NCBI GenBank assembly: GCA_046728115.1
Contig: JBKPDW010000049.1
Location: 4,482 to 68,481, forward strand
DNA length: 64,000 nucleotides
From: Acidobacteriota bacterium
GTDB taxonomy: Bacteria > Acidobacteriota > Vicinamibacteria > Vicinamibacterales > CAVVIG01
Direction: 5' to 3'
Below the pieces are notes generated by a model. The model saw only the letters and a program-made list of their open reading frames with translations, searched no databases and had not been told where the DNA came from. A program made the translations under genes and the position numbers. Positions within the stretch are counted from its first letter, which is position 1. Each line of letters opens with the position of its first letter. Shown piece by piece: positions 43,880 to 52,867 of the stretch.

Positions 43880-45991
43880 ATGACGAAGTTGTCCAGCGCG
43901 CTTGCCGTTTCGTTCGCGCTCGCGACGTCGAGTGCCCTCGTCGCCCAGCCAGCCAGACATCCGCTCACGCTCGACGACATTCAGCGTCTTGCCGAGGTGC
44001 GCGATCCGCAATGCTCACCTGACGGGCGAGCGGTGGCGTACGTCGTGTCGCGCGTCGACGTGAAGGAAGACAAGAGCAATTCACACATCTGGATCGCGAG
44101 CCTCGACGGCAGCAGCGACCGTCAGGTGACGTCCAGTCAGGACAGTGAATCATCGCCGCGCTGGAGTCCGGACGGACGCCATCTGGCGTTCACCTCATCG
44201 CGTCCTGGACCAGCGAAGGGCAATCAGGTGTGGCTGCTCGATCGCAACGGCGGCGAAGCGTTTCAGCTCACCGACGTCAAAGGCCGGCTGCAGGGATATG
44301 AATGGGCGCCCGACTCGAAGCGGCTCGCGCTCGTCGTCGCCGATCCGGATCCCGACGCCGACTCTTCGACAAGCTCAGGGCAGGCCCCCTCGACGGGCCC
44401 AGGGCAGGGGCAAGCCGGCGGCGAGGGTTCGGGCGGCCGTGGCCGCGTGCCGAAGCCGATCGTGATCGATCGCTACAAATACAAGCAGGACGGCCAGGGT
44501 TATCTGCTGTCGGGACGACACAGCTATATCTATCTGTTCGACATCGCGACGAAGAAGCTCGATCGCCTCACGGCCGGCAAGGCCGACGAATCCTCCCCGT
44601 CGTGGTCGCCGGACGGTACGCGTATCGCGTTCATGAGTAATCGGAACCCGGATCCCGATCGCGAGCCATCGAGCCAGCTCTTCGTCGCAGATTCCAAGCC
44701 CAACTCGACTGAGAAAGCGCTGTCGCCTACGACGAGCCGCGGCCGCGGCAGGGCTGAATGGAGTCCGGATGGCAAGTGGATCGCGTTCCTCGAAGGCGAC
44801 GACAAGAAATGGGGCGCGTACGGAATGGAGCATCTCACGCTGGTCGGCACGGACGGCAACCGCATGCCCGAGCGCGTGAAGGCCACCGAGAACCTCGATC
44901 GGGGCGTCGGTTCGCCGCTGTTCAGCGAGGACGGCCGATCGATCACCGTGCTGGTCACCGACGATCGATCCGCCTATCCCGTTCGCGTCACGCTGGCGAC
45001 CAACCAGGTGGAGAAGTTCCTGTCGCCGCCGGTCGTCATCACGAGCCCGAGCCGCGCCGGCGCCTGCTCCGTGGCGCTGTCGGGCAGCCCGACGAAACCG
45101 ACCGAGATCTACAAGCGCGACGGCGCCGGTCTCGTGCAACTCACGCACCAGAGCGACGCGCTGGTGTCCGAGGTGCAATTCGGCGCGACCGAGGACGTGT
45201 CGTTCAAGAGCAAGGACGGCACGGAGGTGCACGGTCTGCTGACGAAGCCCGTGGGCTACGTGGCCGGCACGAAGGTGCCGCTGTTGTTGCGCATCCACGG
45301 CGGACCGAACGGGCAGGACGGCTACACGTTCAGCAGCGAGCGGCAATGGTTCGCCGCGAATGGATACGCGGTCCTCGCGGTGAATTATCGCGGGAGCGCG
45401 GGCCGCGGCGTGAAGTTCTCGCGGGCGATCGCCGCCGACTGGGGGCACCTGGAGGTAGACGATCTGCTGGCCGGTGTCAATCACGTGATCGCGATGGGCG
45501 TCGCCGATCCGGATCGGCTCGGCGTCGGCGGGTGGAGCTACGGCGGCATCCTGACCGATTACGTCATCGCCAGCGACACGCGGTTCAAGGCAGCCACGAG
45601 CGGTGCCGGTACGGCGTTCACGGTCGCGTTCTACGGCACCGATCAGTACATCATTCAGTACGACTACGAGATCGGACCGCCGTGGGATCCGAAGGCGTGG
45701 GAAACGTATCAGAAGATTTCGTATCCGTTCCTCCACGCGGATCGGATCAAGACGCCGACGCTTTTTCTTGGCGGCGAACGCGATTTCAACGTGCCGGTGC
45801 AGGGCGGGCAGCAGATGTACCAGGCGCTGCGCAGCCTCGGTATCGATACGCAGCTCATCATCTATCCCAACGAGAACCACGGGATCACGCGCCCGAGCTA
45901 TCAACGCGATCGGCTGGAACGGTACCTCGCGTGGTACGACAAGTATCTGAAGCCGTCGAAGGCGACGACCAACGCTCAACCGCAACAGTAG
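43880..45991 (+). CDS. S9-family serine peptidase (prolyl oligopeptidase/DPP-type) with TolB-like propeller
   Basis: The propeller repeats are SPDGRAVAY, SPDGRHLAF, APDSKRLAL, SPDGTRIAF and SPDGKWIAF. The catalytic motif is GVGGWSYGGILT, with late ..ERDFNVP.. and ..YPNENHGI. There is a low-complexity insert, DADSSTSSGQAPSTGPGQGQAGGEGSGGRGR. Confidence 0.9.
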   Translation: MTKLSSALAVSFALATSSALVAQPARHPLTLDDIQRLAEVRDPQCSPDGRAVAYVVSRVDVKEDKSNSHIWIASLDGSSDRQVTSSQDSESSPRWSPDGRHLAFTSSRPGPAKGNQVWLLDRNGGEAFQLTDVKGRLQGYEWAPDSKRLALVVADPDPDADSSTSSGQAPSTGPGQGQAGGEGSGGRGRVPKPIVIDRYKYKQDGQGYLLSGRHSYIYLFDIATKKLDRLTAGKADESSPSWSPDGTRIAFMSNRNPDPDREPSSQLFVADSKPNSTEKALSPTTSRGRGRAEWSPDGKWIAFLEGDDKKWGAYGMEHLTLVGTDGNRMPERVKATENLDRGVGSPLFSEDGRSITVLVTDDRSAYPVRVTLATNQVEKFLSPPVVITSPSRAGACSVALSGSPTKPTEIYKRDGAGLVQLTHQSDALVSEVQFGATEDVSFKSKDGTEVHGLLTKPVGYVAGTKVPLLLRIHGGPNGQDGYTFSSERQWFAANGYAVLAVNYRGSAGRGVKFSRAIAADWGHLEVDDLLAGVNHVIAMGVADPDRLGVGGWSYGGILTDYVIASDTRFKAATSGAGTAFTVAFYGTDQYIIQYDYEIGPPWDPKAWETYQKISYPFLHADRIKTPTLFLGGERDFNVPVQGGQQMYQALRSLGIDTQLIIYPNENHGITRPSYQRDRLERYLAWYDKYLKPSKATTNAQPQQ

Positions 45992-46016
45992 AACAAAGGC
46001 AGCCACGAAGACACAA

Positions 46017-46046
46017 GACACGACGAAGACCCTTCTTTTTCGTGTC
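46017..46046 (+). terminator. hairpin with T-run after the S9 peptidase gene
   Basis: GACACGA (46017-46023) pairs with TCGTGTC (46040-46046). An inner GAAGA/TTCTT helix (a G-U wobble pair plus AAGA/TCTT) has a CCCT loop, and the 3' arm contains TTTTT. Confidence 0.5.
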
Positions 46047-46064
46047 ACTGAAACGCGGAGAAGA

Positions 46065-47339
46065 ATGCTGATGAAACGATTCGTACTCGCGTCTTTGCTC
46101 GTTGCGGCCGTGATCGCGGCGGCGACATTTCGAAGTTCTGCCGCCGCGCCCGCCTGCGATCCCGATAACGGAGGTCTCACGCTCCGGCAGGGTTTCTGCG
46201 CCGCTGTCGTCGCGACTGATGTCGGCCTCGCCCGCCATCTCGTCGTCGCGCCGAATGGCGATGTGTTCGTGTCGACGGAAGGTGGACGCGGCGGCGGCGG
46301 GGGAGTCGTCGCGCTGCGTGACACGGACGGCGACGGCAAACTCGACAAGCGCGAGAAATTTGGTGAGGGGAGCGCTACCGGCATCGCGCTGCGCAACGGC
46401 TACATCTACTACGCGACCACCACGTCCATCGTGCGCTACAAGCTGGCCGCCGGCGAACTGCTGCCGTCCGGCGGCCCCGAGATGATCGCCGAGGGGCTCA
46501 CCGATCGACGGCAGCACGCCGAGAAAGGGCTGGCGTTCGACGGCAAAGGCGGAGTGTATGTGAACATCGGCGCGCCATCCAATGCATGCCAGCAGCCGGA
46601 TCGCCAGCCGAAGGTGCCGGGGCAGGATCCATGTCCACTGCTCGACATCGCCGGTGGTGTCTGGCGCTTCGACGAAAACAAGCTGGGACAGAAGCAGGCC
46701 GACGGAAAGCGCTATGCGACCGGCTTGCGCCAGCTGCCTGGATTGACGTGGTACAACGGGTCGCTCTGGGTGGCGATGCACAACCGCGACTCGCTGGACA
46801 CGCTGTGGCCGGGACAGTTCACGGCGGAGCAGAACGCCGAGTGGCCCGCGGAGTACCTGCTCAAGGTGACCGAAGGAGCGAATTTCGGATGGCCGTACTG
46901 CTTCTACAACCTCGCGGAAGGCAAGCTCGTGACGAATCCGGAGTACGGCGGCGACGGCAAGAAAACCGATCGCTGCGCATCGTTCACACCGCCGACCGTG
47001 GCGTTCCCGGCGCACTGGGCGCCCAACGACCTGCTTTTCTACACCGGCACGCAGTTCCCGAAACCGTATCAGGGCGGCGTGTTCGTCGCGTTCCACGGAT
47101 CGTGGAACCGCGCGCCGCTTCCGATGGCTGGGTACAACGTGACGTTCGTACCGTTCTCGGGAGACAAACCCTCCGGAAAGTACGAGGTGTTCGCGGATGG
47201 ATTCGCCGGTAAGACGCCGTTGATGAGTCCAGGCGAGGCTGCCGCGCGTCCCGGCGGCCTCGCGATGGGGCCCGACGGATCGCTCTACATCACCGAGGAT
47301 ACGAAAGGAAAGATCTGGCGCGTGATGTACAAGAAGTGA
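46065..47339 (+). CDS. PQQ-dependent sugar (sorbosone/glucose) dehydrogenase family beta-propeller, secreted
   Basis: Signal peptide: MLMKRFVLASLLVAAVIAAATF. ..GIALRNGYIYYATTTSIVRY...VNIGAPSNAC...GLRQLPGLTWYNGSLWVAMHNRD...NFGWPYCFYN... Confidence 0.75.
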   Translation: MLMKRFVLASLLVAAVIAAATFRSSAAAPACDPDNGGLTLRQGFCAAVVATDVGLARHLVVAPNGDVFVSTEGGRGGGGGVVALRDTDGDGKLDKREKFGEGSATGIALRNGYIYYATTTSIVRYKLAAGELLPSGGPEMIAEGLTDRRQHAEKGLAFDGKGGVYVNIGAPSNACQQPDRQPKVPGQDPCPLLDIAGGVWRFDENKLGQKQADGKRYATGLRQLPGLTWYNGSLWVAMHNRDSLDTLWPGQFTAEQNAEWPAEYLLKVTEGANFGWPYCFYNLAEGKLVTNPEYGGDGKKTDRCASFTPPTVAFPAHWAPNDLLFYTGTQFPKPYQGGVFVAFHGSWNRAPLPMAGYNVTFVPFSGDKPSGKYEVFADGFAGKTPLMSPGEAAARPGGLAMGPDGSLYITEDTKGKIWRVMYKK

Positions 47340-47402
47340 GAAGGACAGTCGCAACCTCCGTCCCCGCGGCAACCTCCCTCTAATCGCAAAGGCCGCCAAG
47401 GC

Positions 47403-47428
47403 CCGCAAAGACAAGTCAATCTTTGCGG
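47403..47428 (+). terminator. 8-bp hairpin downstream of the sugar dehydrogenase gene (weak terminator candidate)
   Basis: CCGCAAAG, loop ACAAGTCAAT, then CTTTGCGG. There is no clear T-tail. The CGCAAAG motif is repeated nearby (47385-47410). Confidence 0.35.
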
Positions 47429-47510
47429 CTTGGCGAGCTGTGCGTCCAAAATCACATGTGAAAGACGTAATGTGTCGGTTCGTGATTTCGCTTCGTGGCA
47501 GGTCTGAATC

Positions 47511-48257
47511 ATGAGCCGGGTGCTGCTGGTCACTGGCGGCAGCCGAGGCATCGGCGCGGCGACCGCAGCGCTGGCTGCCGAGCGCGGCTACGCGGTGTGC
47601 GTGAATTATCGCGTCAACGCGCAAGCGGCTGGCGCCGTCGTCGCCGGCATCGAACGCGCGGGCGGGCGCGCGATTGCCGTTCCAGCCGACGTCTCGTCCG
47701 AGGCGGACGTCGTGCGCCTGTTCGACACCGTCAGCGAGTGGCTCGGCTCGCTCACGGCTCTCGTCAACAACGCAGGCATCCTGGAGCAGCAGACCCGCGT
47801 CGAACACATGGACGCCGCCAGGCTCCAACGCGTGTTCGCAACCAATATCACGGGTGCGTTTCTCTGCGCGCGCGAAGCCGTACGTCGCATGTCGACGGCA
47901 CATGGCGGCGCCGGCGGCGCGATCGTCAACGTCTCGTCACGTGCGGCGCAGCTCGGATCGCCGAACGAGTACGTGGACTATGCGGCGTCGAAAGCCGCGC
48001 TCGACACGTTGACCGTCGGCCTGTCGCGCGAGGTCGCCGCCGAAGGCATTCGCGTCAACGGCGTCCGTGCCGGAGTGATCTACACCGACATCCACACCAG
48101 CGGCGGCGAGCCGGGCCGCGTCGACCGCATCGGGCCGACCGTGCCGATGCGGAGAGGCGGCGAAGCCATCGAAGTGGCGCGCGCCATTCTCTGGCTGCTC
48201 TCAGATGAGGCGTCGTATTCGACGGGAACGTTCATCGACGTCGCGGGAGGGCGATAA
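47511..48257 (+). CDS. SDR-family oxidoreductase
   Basis: The cofactor motif is TGGSRGIGAATA, NNAG is present, and the catalytic YxxxK is YAASKAAL. Confidence 0.9.
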   Translation: MSRVLLVTGGSRGIGAATAALAAERGYAVCVNYRVNAQAAGAVVAGIERAGGRAIAVPADVSSEADVVRLFDTVSEWLGSLTALVNNAGILEQQTRVEHMDAARLQRVFATNITGAFLCAREAVRRMSTAHGGAGGAIVNVSSRAAQLGSPNEYVDYAASKAALDTLTVGLSREVAAEGIRVNGVRAGVIYTDIHTSGGEPGRVDRIGPTVPMRRGGEAIEVARAILWLLSDEASYSTGTFIDVAGGR

Positions 48258-48271
48258 CAGCACGTTCAACC

Positions 48272-48300
48272 CTAGCACCCGGCACCTAGCACCTGGCACC
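48272..48300. repeat. four tandem 7-8-bp units (C)TAGCACC / YGGCACC between convergent genes
   Basis: CTAGCACC CGGCACC TAGCACC TGGCACC, followed by ACGCTTTTCAG. Confidence 0.7.
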
Positions 48301-48307
48301 ACGCTTT

Positions 48308-48670
48308 TCAGTTATCCCTCCGCACCGTCTCCGCTGAGAACGCCGGCAGGCAGACGGCGATGTACTCCGCGCCGTCAGGTCCGGGCGTGCTGTAACGGAT
48401 CCACTCACCGGGCGCGGTGACGACGGCCTGGCCGGCGTGCACGTCGATCGCGCCGCCTTCGTGCTCCACCCGGACCATGCCGCGCAGCACGACGGTGATT
48501 TCCTCGAATTCCGGCCGCTGCCCCGGTTCCTCCCAGCCCGATGGCGAGGTCATCCGCGCAACGCTGACCTGCGCGTGGCCGGAGTTCACGCGGCCGGCGA
48601 ATTCTTCGATTCGCTTGGGCTTCGTGCCGGCGGCGGCGATGACGGTGGGTGCAGGAATCAATCGAGGCAT
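48308..48670 (-). CDS. cupin-domain protein
   Basis: MPRLIPAPTVIAAAGTKPKRIEEFAGRVNSGHAQVSVARMTSPSGWEEPGQRPEFEEITVVLRGMVRVEHEGGAIDVHAGQAVVTAPGEWIRYS is a single cupin barrel pattern. The start is at ATG 48670. Confidence 0.7.
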   Translation of the reverse strand: MPRLIPAPTVIAAAGTKPKRIEEFAGRVNSGHAQVSVARMTSPSGWEEPGQRPEFEEITVVLRGMVRVEHEGGAIDVHAGQAVVTAPGEWIRYSTPGPDGAEYIAVCLPAFSAETVRRDN

Positions 48671-48787
48671 ACATGCACGACGTACAACGCAGGGTCCGTT
48701 GAGCACGCAGATCAACATGTTCTCTGGTTGTCTGCGGAATCCGCGTCCTCGGCGCGTCGTCCGTTCGGGGGAGTATAGACTGGGTCC

Positions 48788-50155
48788 GTGAAGAAAATTT
48801 GCGACACGATCCTTGATGCCATCGGCGGCACGCCGATGGTGCGCATCAACCGTATCACCGGTGGACTCGTCGAGGGAACCGTGCTCGCCAAGATCGAAAC
48901 CTTCAACCCCGGCAATTCAATCAAGGACCGCATGGCGGTGAAGATGGTTGAGGATGCCGAGCGAGCCGGACTCCTCAAGCCGGGCGGTACGATCGTCGAA
49001 GGCACATCCGGCAACACCGGTATGGGTCTCGCGATTACCGCGGTCGTGAAGGGCTACAGATGCGTGTTCACGACGACTGATAAGCAATCCAAGGAGAAAA
49101 TCGACGCGCTCAAGGCGTTCGGCGCCGAAGTGATCGTGTGTCCGACGAACGTCGACCCGGAGGATCCTCGGTCGTACTATTCGGTGTCGTCGCGACTCGA
49201 GAAAGAAATTGCCAACTCCTGGAAGGCCAACCAGTACGACAACCTGTCCAACACGCAGGCACACTACGAGCAGACGGCGCCCGAAATCTGGTCGCAGACC
49301 GATGGGCGCATCACACATCTCGTGGTCGGCGTCGGCACGGGCGGAACGATCTCAGGCATCGGCCGGTACCTGAAGGAGCGCAATCCGAAGATCAAAGTGT
49401 GGGGCATCGATACCTACGGATCGGTGTTCAAGAAATACAAGGAAACCGGCATCTTCGACAAAAACGAAATCTATCCGTACATCACCGAGGGCATCGGCGA
49501 GGACTTTCTGCCCAAGAACGTTGACTTCAGCGTCATCGACCATTTCGAGAAGGTCACCGACAAAGACGCCGCTGTCATGACGCGGCGCCTCGCGCGCGAG
49601 GAAGGCATCTTTGCCGGGAACTCCGCCGGATCGGCAATGGCGGGCCTGCTGCAGTTGAAGCACAACTTCACGCCTGACGATGTAATCGTGGTCGTGTTTC
49701 ACGACCACGGATCGCGATATCTTGCCAAGATGTACAACGACGATTGGATGCGCGAAAAAGGCTTTCTCGAAAAGAGCGGCATGACGGCGCGCGATCTGGT
49801 GGCCGCGCGGCTGTCAGGCGAACTGTGCGCGATCGAGGCGAACGAGCCGGTGGAGCACGCGCTGCGAATGATGAGCGAGCAAGACTTCTCTCAGATTTCG
49901 ATCACCCGCGACAAGCGCCTGGTCGGATCGCTCAACGAAACGCACCTGTATGAAATGCTCGTGCAGGATCCCCGCGTGAAGTCCCATCCGGTCGAGTCGA
50001 TCATGCAGCCCGCGTTTCCCTTCGTCGACATCTCGACGCCCGTCGATTTGCTCCAGACGATGATTACACCGCAGAACCCGGCCGTCCTGGTCCGGGACTT
50101 CAAAACGGACAAAACGTTCATCATCACGCGATCGGATCTGATTCGCGTGCTGTAG
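48788..50155 (+). CDS. cystathionine beta-synthase-type enzyme (PLP cysteine-synthase fold plus tandem CBS domains)
   Basis: TPMVRINRIT...FNPGNSIKDRMAVKMVEDAE..GTIVEGTSGNTGMGLA...VGVGTGGTISGIGRYLKE.., then the C-terminal CBS pair (..EPVEHALRMMSEQDFSQISIT.. and ..PFVDISTPVDLLQTM..). The start is a GTG. Confidence 0.85.
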   Translation: MKKICDTILDAIGGTPMVRINRITGGLVEGTVLAKIETFNPGNSIKDRMAVKMVEDAERAGLLKPGGTIVEGTSGNTGMGLAITAVVKGYRCVFTTTDKQSKEKIDALKAFGAEVIVCPTNVDPEDPRSYYSVSSRLEKEIANSWKANQYDNLSNTQAHYEQTAPEIWSQTDGRITHLVVGVGTGGTISGIGRYLKERNPKIKVWGIDTYGSVFKKYKETGIFDKNEIYPYITEGIGEDFLPKNVDFSVIDHFEKVTDKDAAVMTRRLAREEGIFAGNSAGSAMAGLLQLKHNFTPDDVIVVVFHDHGSRYLAKMYNDDWMREKGFLEKSGMTARDLVAARLSGELCAIEANEPVEHALRMMSEQDFSQISITRDKRLVGSLNETHLYEMLVQDPRVKSHPVESIMQPAFPFVDISTPVDLLQTMITPQNPAVLVRDFKTDKTFIITRSDLIRVL

Positions 50156-50164
50156 AGTGAGGCC

Positions 50165-52207
50165 GTGTCGCCCTCGACGGCCGTCGCCGGCACGGCCACC
50201 GTCCCGAGAATTCATCGGCCGACACCGCGTTGGCTGCTGTACGCCTACTTCCTGCGCACGCAGATCGTCACGGTCATCGTGCTCGTGGTGCTGCCCATCG
50301 CCGCGCTCCACGGGCGTGCGGCGCCGCTCCTGAATGGCCTGTTCGACATCAACTATGAAACGCGGTGGCTCGAAGCGCTGGCCATGTTCATCACCGGCTA
50401 CGTCGTCGTCACGCTGGGCGGCGCCATCGCCACGACGACGTGGACGACAATCGTCAACGCACCCCAACGGTTCGAAGTGGACGTCTGGCCGGCGCTCCCG
50501 GAGTTCGTGCCGCGCTGGGCCAACGTGGCGGCGGTTCTGCCGGGCGCTGTCTCAATCGTTGCCGCAATCCGGCACTCGTGGTCGGCTTCGGGCGTTCCGC
50601 CGGCTCACTTGATCGTTGGCGCGCTCGGCGGCGGCGTGATGGCATTCCTGCCGATCGAGTACGCGCGGAAGCATTTCGCGAACAGTCCCGAACCTGGAGC
50701 GTTCATGAAGTGGCTCTCGCGGCATCCGAACGTCGGAGCGGGATATGTCAAACCGGACGGAGCAATCCGGCCTGGCCATCGAATCGCCGCTGCGGCATTC
50801 GGCCTCACGTTGCTCTTGTACATCGCGGTGGGGTTCGGCAAGTTCCTCCGGATCGGAGAACCCGCAGTCGTGCCGACGATCGCGGCGGTCCTGCTGTTGC
50901 TGATGCTTGGGTGCTGGGTTGTGAGTGCCTGCACGTTCTTTTTCGATCGCTACCGCGTGCCGGTGTTCAGCCCGCTGCTGCTGCTTCCTATTGCGACATC
51001 ATTTGCGGCCTGGTCGGATCACTTCTATCGGACGGAGCCCCATCAGCCTCGGTGGAGTCCGCGGCCCGGGGAAGCGCTCGGTCTGTCGAACGGACCGATT
51101 ATCGTCGTCGCTGCCGACGGCGGTGGGATTCAGGCCGCCGCGTGGTCGGCGCAAGTTCTTACGGGATTGACCGCGCAGCTGCACCGCGAGCTCGGTGCCG
51201 ATCGCTTCGGCCCATCGGTACGGCTCATCAGCTCCGTGTCCGGCGGCGGCATAGGCGCGATGTACTTCGTCAACCAGTATCAGAACGGCCACCCGGCGGG
51301 AGACCTGTCGAAGGTCGTCCGCAATGCCGAGGCGTCGAGCCTGGACGATGTGGCGTGGGGCGCGGCCTATCCAGACACCCTCCGCACGGTGCTGCCGGTA
51401 TTCTGGTCGGACCGCGGGCAGGCGCTGGAGTGGGCGTGGAAGCGCGACGGCGGCGTCGCGACGCGTCTCGCCGACTGGCGCGCTGATGTGTGGAACGGGA
51501 AGCGGCCGTCGAATATTTTTAACGCGACAATCGTCGATTCCGGCGAGCGGCTGCTGATGGGGACGTCGATGCTGACGAGCGGCGTCGGCCGTCGCAATTT
51601 CGAAGAACTCTACGATCGGGCGGATCTCGAGGTCGTCACGGCGGCGCGTTTGTCGGCTGGGTTCACGTACGTCTCGCCGGCCGCGCGGTCCGACCTCCCG
51701 GCATCCGTTCCATACGCGAGCTTGCACATCGTCGATGGCGGCTATTACGACAACTACGGCATGTCCACGTTGATGGAATGGTTGCACGAAGGGCTCCTGG
51801 AGCTCTGGCCGCGCCCCGGCCGCGTGCTCGTGGTTCAGATTCGGAGCGCCCCGCCATCGGAGGCCTTGGTCGCCGGCGACGAGCGCGGATGGTTCTACCA
51901 GGCCTGGGCCCCGTTGGCCGCGATGCTCCACGTGCGCACGACGGGTCAGCTGTCGCATAACCGGGAGGAGTTTCAGCGCCTGCAGGAGTTATGGGGGCGG
52001 TATGGTGTCGAGATCGACAACGCCGTATTTCAGTTCTGCGGCAGCAACCCGCCGTTGTCGTGGCACATGACCGCGCGCGAGCGGGCTGCGATCACCGCGC
52101 AGTGGGATCGCGAGGTCGCGCAGCCCGCCGGCCTCGATGTCGTCCGGCGGTTCCTGAAGGGGGAGCCGGTTCCGAATACGCCTGCCTGGGTGTCATGCGG
52201 GCAGTAG
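50165..52207 (+). CDS. polytopic membrane domain fused to a patatin-like phospholipase domain
   Basis: The N-terminal ~300 aa contain about 6 hydrophobic segments. These are followed by GPIIVVAADGGGIQAAAWSAQVLTGL (Gly-rich oxyanion loop), LISSVSGGGIGAMYF (nucleophile elbow-like) and SLHIVDGGYYDNYGMSTL (DGG catalytic-Asp motif). Confidence 0.6.
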   Translation: MSPSTAVAGTATVPRIHRPTPRWLLYAYFLRTQIVTVIVLVVLPIAALHGRAAPLLNGLFDINYETRWLEALAMFITGYVVVTLGGAIATTTWTTIVNAPQRFEVDVWPALPEFVPRWANVAAVLPGAVSIVAAIRHSWSASGVPPAHLIVGALGGGVMAFLPIEYARKHFANSPEPGAFMKWLSRHPNVGAGYVKPDGAIRPGHRIAAAAFGLTLLLYIAVGFGKFLRIGEPAVVPTIAAVLLLLMLGCWVVSACTFFFDRYRVPVFSPLLLLPIATSFAAWSDHFYRTEPHQPRWSPRPGEALGLSNGPIIVVAADGGGIQAAAWSAQVLTGLTAQLHRELGADRFGPSVRLISSVSGGGIGAMYFVNQYQNGHPAGDLSKVVRNAEASSLDDVAWGAAYPDTLRTVLPVFWSDRGQALEWAWKRDGGVATRLADWRADVWNGKRPSNIFNATIVDSGERLLMGTSMLTSGVGRRNFEELYDRADLEVVTAARLSAGFTYVSPAARSDLPASVPYASLHIVDGGYYDNYGMSTLMEWLHEGLLELWPRPGRVLVVQIRSAPPSEALVAGDERGWFYQAWAPLAAMLHVRTTGQLSHNREEFQRLQELWGRYGVEIDNAVFQFCGSNPPLSWHMTARERAAITAQWDREVAQPAGLDVVRRFLKGEPVPNTPAWVSCGQ

Positions 52208-52406
52208 ATCTCAGGCAGACCGCCGCTCAACGGCGCTCGAAGATCCAGACGTTGTCCTGGTCTCGCCCGTTTCCCCGGAGTTGTCGACAGCGTGCGAGCA
52301 GAGAACCCTTGGCGGCTCGGCGCCAGTTCCGCAATCGCGACTTAGTGCGGAACGTCGCGGCGCTGACGGCGCAGAACACCCTTGAGCGGGCGGGCGAGGC
52401 TCGACG

Positions 52407-52859
52407 TCAGCGACAATCACACTGGGGACAGCCTTTGTCGAAGATGATCTTCCAGCTGCCGCCCTCGCGACGCCACACGGAGTTGAACGTGCCGACCCGT
52501 CTGCCAGTGGGATCCTTGACCGGGCCGGTACTGAGCGCCAGCGTGCCCGAGTCGAGGACTTCGACGCGCTCCGGTTCCCAGGAGAACGGCGCCTGCGGTC
52601 CGTCGTAGAGCCGCTTCCAGGCGGCTGCGACCGCCTGCTTGCCCCTCAGCGTCGGCCCCTCCGGCATGAACACGGTGTCTTCCGATAGAAACGACACGAA
52701 CGCCGCGTGGTCGCGGTCGGCCATCGTCTTCGCAAACGCGCGCTCGACCGCGCGGACCTCGTCCGCGATGGCGGCCGCATTTGATTGAGCTCGCGCCGGC
52801 GCCAATGGCATCGCGACGAGGAAAGCCAGACACGCGATCAGTGATTTCATGGGTAACAT
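52407..52859 (-). CDS. secreted NTF2-like (DUF4440/SnoaL-like) protein
   Basis: The signal peptide is M(LPM)KSLIACLAFLVAMPLAPARA. ..AVERAFAKTMADRDHAAFVSFLSEDTVFM...FNSVWRREGGSWKIIFD is an NTF2-fold pattern. An alternative start is 52850. Confidence 0.65.
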   Translation of the reverse strand: MLPMKSLIACLAFLVAMPLAPARAQSNAAAIADEVRAVERAFAKTMADRDHAAFVSFLSEDTVFMPEGPTLRGKQAVAAAWKRLYDGPQAPFSWEPERVEVLDSGTLALSTGPVKDPTGRRVGTFNSVWRREGGSWKIIFDKGCPQCDCR

Positions 52860-52867
52860 TATGGCCG

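Noticed and set aside
44375-47903. Two ~670-aa minus-strand ORFs (44375..46396, 45885..47903) opposite the S9 peptidase, sugar dehydrogenase and SDR genes
   Set aside because: They are antisense artefacts spanning several real genes and intergenic terminators. There are no motifs.
48719-48787. Possible SAM/SAH-type riboswitch upstream of the cystathionine-beta-synthase-like gene
   Set aside because: Only about 70 nt are available, I could recognise no conserved riboswitch core motifs, and the region also has to hold the promoter of the divergent cupin gene.
52208-52406. 200-bp non-coding gap after the patatin-fusion gene; the minus-frame peptide ..VAIAELAPSRQGFSARTLS.. looked faintly like a decayed HTH
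   Set aside because: The resemblance is too short and degenerate, stops interrupt the frame, and it cannot be supported without a search.
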